This document shows positions 28,343-35,576 of a stretch of 64,000 bases of DNA, one piece after another (position 1 is the stretch's first letter; each line of letters opens with the position of its first letter). The DNA is from Eubacteriales bacterium. Its GTDB lineage: Bacteria > Bacillota > Clostridia > Oscillospirales > CAG-272. Below the pieces are notes generated by a model that was given only the letters and a program-made list of their open reading frames with translations, was not told the origin of the DNA and did not search any database. The translations under genes and the position numbers were made by a program. The DNA is taken from positions 13,166 through 77,165 of the forward strand of contig JAZQUS010000054.1 of assembly GCA_045631445.1 (NCBI GenBank), given 5' to 3'.

Positions 28343-29092
28343 ATGGCTCAAAATCAATGTATATTTGAATATTCTAATTTTGGCAATGGTTATTTGAGAA
28401 TTTATTTTATTAAGGATAATAAACAAACAGACAAGGAGATATTTATCGACCTTGAGGCGCATCCTCTTAAGGACGGAGTTGTTGCCCAGGTTGAACCGCT
28501 TGTTGAGACAATTAAGCAGCAACTTAAAGAACTTGATATAAAGAAACTTCAATCGCCACTTCTTCTTTTGAGATGTGCAGAAATATATAAAAATAGTCTT
28601 TTTTTGCCAGTGAAAAGCTCTTTCCAAGCAAATAGTCTTTACAAAAAAGAGATGAAATTGAAGACAAACCAAGATTCTTTTGTTCCAATAAGCAACTCAT
28701 ATAAGAGCGGAATTGGTTATATGTTCAACACATATTATATTCCAAATAAAATTGTTGAATCATTTAACAAGATTGAAAAATTGCTTAATACTGAGTTTGT
28801 AGGTGTTCAACCTCTTGGAATGTTTCTTGGTGAAAAGCTTGCTTACAAGGGCACTTACGTTTATTTTTATATTAAAGAAAAAGTGTGCACAATGATTATG
28901 GTTTCGGACAAGGAGTTAGTTACTTCTTATGATTTCGAATTTGAAACAGAAAAGGAAATTTTAAGTAGATTTTTACTTGTTGCTTCAAAGCACGAATTTG
29001 ATGTTGAGAAGAAACAAATAGAATATTATGATATTGATTCCGATGAACCAATTTATGTGAATTTTGGAATTAAGAGGGTTGAAAATAAGTAA
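28343..29092 (+). CDS. hypothetical cytoplasmic protein inside the pilus operon (possible very divergent, short PilM-like protein)
   Basis: Strong RBS GAGGAGG. No TM helix or signal peptide. It sits where assembly-platform genes occur in other Tfp clusters. I recognise no diagnostic motif. Confidence 0.45.
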   Translation: MAQNQCIFEYSNFGNGYLRIYFIKDNKQTDKEIFIDLEAHPLKDGVVAQVEPLVETIKQQLKELDIKKLQSPLLLLRCAEIYKNSLFLPVKSSFQANSLYKKEMKLKTNQDSFVPISNSYKSGIGYMFNTYYIPNKIVESFNKIEKLLNTEFVGVQPLGMFLGEKLAYKGTYVYFYIKEKVCTMIMVSDKELVTSYDFEFETEKEILSRFLLVASKHEFDVEKKQIEYYDIDSDEPIYVNFGIKRVENK

Positions 29093-29136
29093 AAATTCTT
29101 GAAGAAGGGAGAATCACTTTTTAGTGAGTTGTGGTT

Positions 29137-29577
29137 ATGAAAAAAACTAAAAAAGGACTTACTTTGGTTGAAGTTTTGGTCGCGATAACTGTGTTGTCCA
29201 TAACAATGTTTGCATTGCTGTCAACCATAGTTGCTATGAGAAAAGTGGTTGCCCGCCAAGAAGAATACGTTAAAATCAAAATGGTCTGCCAGGATATTGA
29301 AGCTTATTGGGATAAGTATGGCTTGGGTGAAGGAGAGGCTGAAGGATGGGCTTATTATTATTTTAAGGGTGAGGGAGCTATTGAATCATATACGGGATAT
29401 TTAACTTCAAAATTTTCTCCCGTTAGAGTATATAATAAATCTCATTACAAAATTGAATATCGAATAACAGAATCCAACGAGTTGGTTATCAAGTCCATAA
29501 CATCTCCTGACAAGAAAATTTTAGTTGAGAATTTAAATTGCGGTACAAGAGGAGGGGTAACTGATGAACAAGAATAA
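29137..29577 (+). CDS. type IV prepilin / pseudopilin
   Basis: MKKTKKG|LTLVEVLVAITVLSI prepilin leader with Glu at +5. Confidence 0.75.
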   Translation: MKKTKKGLTLVEVLVAITVLSITMFALLSTIVAMRKVVARQEEYVKIKMVCQDIEAYWDKYGLGEGEAEGWAYYYFKGEGAIESYTGYLTSKFSPVRVYNKSHYKIEYRITESNELVIKSITSPDKKILVENLNCGTRGGVTDEQE

Positions 29578-29764
29578 AAAACAAAAGGGTTACGCTCTTG
29601 CAATCGTTATTATTCTCACGTTCATTATGACCGTTATTATTACGGCAACCTCAATTTTGATAATGAGATATATGATTTTTGCAAAGAAAGATTTGGCTAA
29701 CTTTAATAAAAATAATAAAACTGCTATTATTTTAGTTGACAAGGAGGTAACATTCAATGCCTGA
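29564..29764 (+). CDS. small PilX-N/ComGG-like membrane protein (non-canonical minor pilin)
   Basis: 66 aa. Basic N-terminus followed by KGYALAIVIILTFIMTVIITA. RBS GGAGGGG. Overlaps both neighbours, which suggests translational coupling. Confidence 0.5.
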   Translation: MNKNKKQKGYALAIVIILTFIMTVIITATSILIMRYMIFAKKDLANFNKNNKTAIILVDKEVTFNA

Positions 29765-30557
29765 ACTTAGAATTTTATGTGCTATTTTTTCATTTATATT
29801 TGGCGCAGTTTTTGCAAGCTTTGCGGGTGTTATTGCTTACCGTGCGCCCCAAGGACTTTCAATAGTTAAGCCAGATTCATATTGTCCGAGTTGTGAAAAA
29901 ACGATTAAGGGCTTTGATAATATTCCGATTTTGTCCTATATTTTCCTCGGTGGAAAATGTAGAAATTGCAAGGCAAAAATAGGTGTGTTTTCATTCCTTT
30001 GCGAAATTTTTGGTGGCCTTGGATTTATGTTTGCATATTTGCAATACGGTGATGGCAACAAGACGTTACCGATTTTTATAGCCCTTATGCTTTTGATTTT
30101 CCTGTTTATTGTTATTGCAGGAATTGACCACGAAACACGCGATATTTATGATATCACCCTTGTGTTATACGGTGCGATTGCGGTGTTTATCACATTCTAC
30201 CGCTGCGCTGTGTTAAGAGGTGATATTTGGGAATACATATTTGGCGCTTTGTTTGGATTTGGTTTCTTTGGTGCAATCAAATTAGTTGCTAAATTGGTTT
30301 TGAAAAAGGATGCTTTGGGATCCGGAGATATTTACCTTGTAGGTATTGGTGGATTTTTGGTTGGAGTTTTACCCCTTTTGATTGCCATCATTATTGCAAC
30401 ATTGTTAGGCTCAATAATTGAGATAATCAAAATTAAAACATCCAAAACAGAGAGAGAAGCAGAGATTGCATTCGGTCCTTATCTTCTTTTGGGGATTGGA
30501 CTTATGGCAATCTTTGGTGAAACATTTATGACAATTTATTGGGAGGTACTTCTTTAA
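29757..30557 (+). CDS. pilD: prepilin peptidase (A24 family)
   Basis: N-terminal CPSC...CRNC zinc motif, polytopic membrane protein, catalytic-region motif GSGDIYL. Confidence 0.9.
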   Translation: MPELRILCAIFSFIFGAVFASFAGVIAYRAPQGLSIVKPDSYCPSCEKTIKGFDNIPILSYIFLGGKCRNCKAKIGVFSFLCEIFGGLGFMFAYLQYGDGNKTLPIFIALMLLIFLFIVIAGIDHETRDIYDITLVLYGAIAVFITFYRCAVLRGDIWEYIFGALFGFGFFGAIKLVAKLVLKKDALGSGDIYLVGIGGFLVGVLPLLIAIIIATLLGSIIEIIKIKTSKTEREAEIAFGPYLLLGIGLMAIFGETFMTIYWEVLL

Positions 30558-31762
30558 TGCCTTTATATAGATGTAAGGTGATTAACTCGTCAGGAGAACG
30601 TCAGGTTGTTGTTCGAGAGGCGAGTGATGCCCTTAGCTTGCGTGCGCAAATGCGTCAAGATAAAATTCATTTGCTTACCTTTACCGCTATAAAGGAAGAA
30701 AAGCAAAATGAGTTTTTTGCAATTAGCAGCAAAGTTAAGTTCAATGAAGTAATTATGTTTTTCAGACAGTTTTCGGTTATGCTCAAGGCGGGTATACCAC
30801 TTAGTGAGTGTCTGAACAGCTTACACAAACAAAAATTTAGCATTCCGTTTAGGAATGTTTTACAAGCCATATATCTTGATGTTGAATCGGGAGTTTTGCT
30901 TTCCGATGCTTTTGCCAAGCACCCAAAGGTTTTTCCGCGCTTTTTCATTAGCATGGTTGCCATTGGTGAGGTGAGTGGTTCTTTGGATAAAGTTATGACG
31001 AATATGGCGGATTATTACGAAAATGACAGAAAGATAAAAAAGAAGGCATCTTCTGCAATGGTGTATCCATCGCTGCTTATATGTATGATTGTTGTTGTGG
31101 TAATATTCCTTTGCTTGTTTGTTCTTCCTAATTTTGAATCAACTATTAGTCAACTTGGTGGAGAAGTGCCTGCTATCACACGAATCGTAATGAGCATTTC
31201 CACGTTTGTTCAGGACTATATTTTTATTCTTCTTCCTGGTGCGTTCTTGCTTGTTTTTTTGGTTATTGGTTTCTTTAAAACCAAAATCGGAAGATACGTT
31301 AAGGATGTTTTAATGCTAAAGATACCCATAATTTCTACAGTTCAGAAAAATTTGATTACTGCGCGTTTTTCAAGAGCGTTTATTATCCTTCTTTCGAGTG
31401 GAATGAATATGATTGACGTGCTTGAAAATCTTCAGAAAATGCTCGGTAACGAGGTTTTGAAGAAGAAGTTTGATTTCACGGTTGAAGAAGTTAAGCGTGG
31501 CCGTAGTATTGCCGCTTCAATAGCTGCAACGGGATTGTTCCCGCCGATTTTAACGCAAATGATTAGAGTTGGAGAGAATAGTGGCAATATTGAAGAGGTT
31601 CTTGAATCAACGGGAAGTTACTTTGATGAGCAGGTTGAGTCAAGTATTGCCAAGGCAGTTGCCGCGATTGAGCCGATTTGTATTCTTTTGCTCGGTGGAG
31701 TGGTTTGTCTGGTAGTGCTTTCAGTTCTTGTACCTATGATGTCTATGATGAGTGCCGTATAA
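30557..31762 (+). CDS. pilC: type IV pilus/T2SS platform protein (GspF/PilC family)
   Basis: Two GspF repeats with three TM segments. ATG overlaps the pilD stop (TAATG) after GGGAGG. Confidence 0.9.
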   Translation: MPLYRCKVINSSGERQVVVREASDALSLRAQMRQDKIHLLTFTAIKEEKQNEFFAISSKVKFNEVIMFFRQFSVMLKAGIPLSECLNSLHKQKFSIPFRNVLQAIYLDVESGVLLSDAFAKHPKVFPRFFISMVAIGEVSGSLDKVMTNMADYYENDRKIKKKASSAMVYPSLLICMIVVVVIFLCLFVLPNFESTISQLGGEVPAITRIVMSISTFVQDYIFILLPGAFLLVFLVIGFFKTKIGRYVKDVLMLKIPIISTVQKNLITARFSRAFIILLSSGMNMIDVLENLQKMLGNEVLKKKFDFTVEEVKRGRSIAASIAATGLFPPILTQMIRVGENSGNIEEVLESTGSYFDEQVESSIAKAVAAIEPICILLLGGVVCLVVLSVLVPMMSMMSAV

Positions 31763-31774
31763 GGAGGCCTAAAA

Positions 31775-33436
31775 ATGATTTTTAATAAATTATTTTCAAA
31801 ATATCTTATTGAAGAATTTATTATTTCATCCGAAATTTCCGAAAAGTATAGAGTTAAAGCAAATTCTTTGGAAACACCTATGTATCTTGAGCTTGCTAAG
31901 GATAAGGTGCTTGATGAAGAAACTATCTATCGCGCTCTTGCGGATTTTCTTGGATTGGAATATAGATTTTGTCAGCTTTCTGAAATTGATCTTGAATTTG
32001 TTGGAAAATATCCGCGAGATCTCTTGCTCGAATATCAAGGTGTGCCTTTTGAAATTAGAGATGATGTTCTGGTTATTCTCGGTTCAAATCCTTTTAAAAT
32101 TGAAGAGTTTAACGAGATATTAACTCAAGGGTGTAGAAAAATTGAGTTTATTATTAGTCCACCTAAGCAGATGAAGCTTATCCTTGACTATGCGAATAAT
32201 AAAATTCAGCAGAACGAGGCAATGGACGAGTATATCAAAAACAACACTGAAAAAGAGGAAATTGACCCTGATGCTCCCATTGATGCGCCCGTTATTAAGC
32301 TTTGTGACTCGATTTTGATAGATGCTATCAATCGCGGAGCAAGTGATATTCATATTGAACCATTTAGCAAATCTGTATTTATTCGTTTTAGAATTGATGG
32401 CAAGCTTCAAAAAATTGACGATCTTTCACCTCAACTGTATCCTGCAATGCTTGCGCGATATAAGATTATGGCAGAGTTAAATATTGCAGAGCGAAGAATT
32501 CCACAAGATGGTAAAATTAGTCTTACAATTGAGGGGAATACATACGATTTCCGTGTTTCTACTATTCCAACAATTCACGGTGAAAAGGTTGTTATTCGTA
32601 TTTATAGCCGTGCGTTCAGTTCTAGCGATATGTCAATGCTTGGTTTTTCTGATAAGCAAAAGAATTTGATTATGGGTATGATTACCCGTCCACACGGAAT
32701 TATTTTGCTAACAGGTCCTACAGGAAGTGGTAAGTCAACCACACTGTATACCTTCCTTCGTTATCTTGCAAAGGAAGATACCAATATTATGACGGTTGAG
32801 GATCCTGTCGAAAATGAAATTGACGGCATCAATCAGGTTCAGGTTAATACTAAAGCAAATCTGACATTTGCTGCTGCGCTCCGTAGCTTTTTGCGTCAGG
32901 ACCCCAATATTATAATGATTGGTGAAATTCGTGATGAAGAAACTGCACAGATTGCAACAAGAGCCGCTATTACGGGTCACTTGGTTCTTTCATCAATTCA
33001 TACTAATGACGCTGCAGGTGTTATAACAAGACTTATTAATATGGGTATTCCTAAATATCTCGTTGCCGATTCTTTACTTGGTGCGATTTCACAGCGACTT
33101 GTCAGAAAGCTTTGTCCTAAATGTAAGGCGTCTAAAATTACTACTCCTGCAGAAATGACATTGCTTGGAATTGATCAACCAAGAGAGATTTATGAGCCAG
33201 TTGGATGTAGATACTGTAATAATTCAGGTTATCTCGGTCGAATAGGTGTTTTTGAGATCATGGTGCTAACAGATGAAATCAGAGATATCATAATGTCAGA
33301 CGACTTTACAAGTGAAAAGGTTGGAGCTATAGTTGCAAGAGATATGACAACTGTTCTTAGCCATACTTGTGAGCGAGTTTTGGAAGGAACCACAAGTATT
33401 GAAGAATACGACCAACTTGTTGATATAGTAAAATAA
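31775..33436 (+). CDS. pilB: type IV pilus assembly ATPase (GspE/PilB family)
   Basis: Walker A GPTGSGKST, Asp box, Walker B IIMIGEIRD, His box, and a tetracysteine motif CPKC...CRYC. Confidence 0.9.
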   Translation: MIFNKLFSKYLIEEFIISSEISEKYRVKANSLETPMYLELAKDKVLDEETIYRALADFLGLEYRFCQLSEIDLEFVGKYPRDLLLEYQGVPFEIRDDVLVILGSNPFKIEEFNEILTQGCRKIEFIISPPKQMKLILDYANNKIQQNEAMDEYIKNNTEKEEIDPDAPIDAPVIKLCDSILIDAINRGASDIHIEPFSKSVFIRFRIDGKLQKIDDLSPQLYPAMLARYKIMAELNIAERRIPQDGKISLTIEGNTYDFRVSTIPTIHGEKVVIRIYSRAFSSSDMSMLGFSDKQKNLIMGMITRPHGIILLTGPTGSGKSTTLYTFLRYLAKEDTNIMTVEDPVENEIDGINQVQVNTKANLTFAAALRSFLRQDPNIIMIGEIRDEETAQIATRAAITGHLVLSSIHTNDAAGVITRLINMGIPKYLVADSLLGAISQRLVRKLCPKCKASKITTPAEMTLLGIDQPREIYEPVGCRYCNNSGYLGRIGVFEIMVLTDEIRDIIMSDDFTSEKVGAIVARDMTTVLSHTCERVLEGTTSIEEYDQLVDIVK

Positions 33437-33472
33437 AAAATAGTGTGATGAGAAATCATCACACTATTTTTA
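33437..33472. terminator. bidirectional terminator between pilB (+) and the LRR gene (-)
   Basis: 15-bp stem AAAATAGTGTGATGA / TCATCACACTATTTT with a GAAA loop. A-run on one side and T-run on the other. Confidence 0.85.
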
Positions 33473-33473
33473 T

Positions 33474-34130
33474 CTATTGAAAGATTGAATATTTTATTCC
33501 AAAGCTTTGAGCATATTTTTGAGCATAAGAATTACGCTCACAGTATATGGTTAAGCTTTTTGAACAAGAGTCAAAAGCACCGTAACCTATTGTATTTACT
33601 TCTTTTGAAATATAAAGTGATGTTAAAGAATAGCAACCGTAAAAAGCAAACCAATCTATTTCTTCACAAGATGAGGGGAGTGTGACGCTTTTTACCTTGC
33701 TATCAGCAAAGGCATTTTCTCCAATTTTGAGAACTGGGAGCTGCTCTATTTTGTTAGGGATTGATACGTTTGTTTGCTTGCCTATGTATTTCGTAATTGT
33801 GATACCACCGTTTTCTTTAATATATTCAAATAACTCTTCATCTTCAACGGGGGAAGTGGTTGTAGTATTTTTTGATGTTGTTGTAGTTGTGTCTTTTGTA
33901 GCGCTTGGGTTAGTAGTTGTTGTATTGCTTGGTTTATTTCCAATGTTGATAATAGAATTAATAAGATTTGATTGATTGTTTAACTTTTCCTTCAATGCAT
34001 CAATTTCCGTTTGATAATTTTCTTGGATACTTTGTTCGATTTTTGAATTGATTTGCTTTTCCCCAATGTAAACACTTAAAAGTACTACTGCCAGAAATAG
34101 AATAATAGACGTGATTTTGATTGATTTCAT
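33474..34130 (-). CDS. membrane-anchored BspA-type leucine-rich-repeat protein with Thr-rich linker
   Basis: N-terminal TM helix, coiled-coil segment, Thr-rich linker, then LRR_5-like repeats (AFADSKVKSVTLP, FAFYGCYSLTSLYISKEV, GYGAFDSC). Confidence 0.7.
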   Translation of the reverse strand: MKSIKITSIILFLAVVLLSVYIGEKQINSKIEQSIQENYQTEIDALKEKLNNQSNLINSIINIGNKPSNTTTTNPSATKDTTTTTSKNTTTTSPVEDEELFEYIKENGGITITKYIGKQTNVSIPNKIEQLPVLKIGENAFADSKVKSVTLPSSCEEIDWFAFYGCYSLTSLYISKEVNTIGYGAFDSCSKSLTIYCERNSYAQKYAQSFGIKYSIFQ

Positions 34131-34192
34131 AAAATTTTACCTCCGTTGTTTTAATAGTTAATAAACTATATGATAAACGGAGGTTAATTATT

Positions 34193-34933
34193 CTATTTAA
34201 TTTCAAATTCTTGATTTTCTGTTACCAAAAATGCTTCAAGACATGTTTTTCCCTCGGGGTTTAGGGTTTTAAAGTAAAATGTTTTATCTTCTTTAACACT
34301 GTGTACTACAATTTCATCGTTATACAATGCTCCTTGAACAAAAGAAAGCATTAATTCTTTCACTCGATAATTTTCGGGTGAGGGAAGAAAGTCGATTATC
34401 ATATTGGGATAGTGGGTATTATTCATATGCTTATTGTAATCAATATCACTATAAACAATCTTTCTTTTCCCAACAAATTCTAAGTTAGCATCTACAGGAA
34501 ATTTAATTTTTCTTGGCATGCTTACCTCAAGAGAAGGCTCGTCTACAAAATTGTTTTCAAATTTGCTAACAGGGAGAAGCTTATGAGTTTCAGTATCTAA
34601 AAGGCACCACGTAGTGAGTGCATCTGCTATTAAAACTTCTCCTCTTTTTACTGAAAAGCTACGATAGAAGGTAAATCCTCTTGATTCAATACCAGTCCAG
34701 GTTTCCACGGTGAGGCTTTCATAAGCGTGCGCTGGCTCGTAAAATCTCATATAGACTTTGATTAGAATAAAAGCTTGGTGGAGTTCGTCGCGGATATATT
34801 CTAACGATGGGTAAATAGTTTTAATATGTTGATTTGTTGTTTCTTGCATTAATGTTAATATTGCAGATGGTGTTATTTCGCGATTGGCATTAGTATCGTG
34901 CCAACGCACGATATAGTTTTGAGTGAATTTCAT
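34193..34933 (-). CDS. acyl-ACP thioesterase
   Basis: ~246 aa double hot-dog protein (MKFTQNYIVRWHDTNANREITP...) typical of the FatA/B-like bacterial family. Start chosen at the ATG after GGGAGA. Confidence 0.8.
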   Translation of the reverse strand: MKFTQNYIVRWHDTNANREITPSAILTLMQETTNQHIKTIYPSLEYIRDELHQAFILIKVYMRFYEPAHAYESLTVETWTGIESRGFTFYRSFSVKRGEVLIADALTTWCLLDTETHKLLPVSKFENNFVDEPSLEVSMPRKIKFPVDANLEFVGKRKIVYSDIDYNKHMNNTHYPNMIIDFLPSPENYRVKELMLSFVQGALYNDEIVVHSVKEDKTFYFKTLNPEGKTCLEAFLVTENQEFEIK

Positions 34934-34975
34934 TTGTATCTCCCACAATGTGTTTGTTGATTAGTCAACAACTGT

Positions 34976-35004
34976 ATTTTACACTATTATCAAAAGAAAA
35001 TCAA
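34976..35004 (-). promoter_or_regulatory. sigma-A type promoter of the thioesterase gene
   Basis: On the minus strand: TTGATT (34999-35004), 17-nt spacer, TAAAAT (34976-34981). Confidence 0.55.
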
Positions 35005-35024
35005 GTGTTTTTTGTTAACAAATT

Positions 35025-35393
35025 TCAAATATTATTGAATTGCGATGGCGGATTGAGTCCAAAGCTAACTGCTATTGCAGTATTAACTTCATTCATTGTT
35101 GTTTCATCAAGATGTCCCATTTTTTCTTTTAGCCGTTGTTTATCGATAGTTCTTATTTGTTCAAGCAAAACAACTGAGTCTTTTGCCAGACCAACATTGC
35201 TTGCATGAATATCAATATGTGTTGGCAAATGTGCTTTGCCCATTTTTGATGTAATAGCAGCCGCGATAACGGTCGGACTGTATTTGTTTCCTACATCATT
35301 TTGAACAATTAAAACCGGACGCAGACCTCCTTGCTCAGAGCCAACTACGGGACTTAGATCCGCATAAAAAATATCTCCTCTTTTAACACTCAT
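35025..35393 (-). CDS. mazF: type II toxin mRNA interferase, EndoA/MazF (PemK) family
   Basis: By my recollection of the B. subtilis sequence, [36 protein letters not shown]...[13 protein letters not shown] is close to NdoA/EndoA along its length. RBS GGAGG. Confidence 0.9.
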   Translation of the reverse strand: MSVKRGDIFYADLSPVVGSEQGGLRPVLIVQNDVGNKYSPTVIAAAITSKMGKAHLPTHIDIHASNVGLAKDSVVLLEQIRTIDKQRLKEKMGHLDETTMNEVNTAIAVSFGLNPPSQFNNI

Positions 35394-35576
35394 TTTACAC
35401 CTCCAAAAGATAAGCGTAAAGTCTTATCAATTATATAGGTATATTTTTTCCTTGTTTTAGATTGCTTTAATCAATAGCAAGCAAAAAAATAAAAGGAAAA
35501 ATTTCTAACAATAAAATTATTGTAATAATAGTATATTTTATTGTTGCTTTTTGTGTTAAAAAGAGGGGATTTATAT

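Noticed and set aside
27878-28672. 264-aa minus-strand ORF overlapping the first pilin gene and the unknown pilus-operon ORF
   Set aside because: It is antisense to ORFs that have strong RBSs and clear prepilin leaders. Its translation is low complexity with no motifs. I judge it a shadow ORF.
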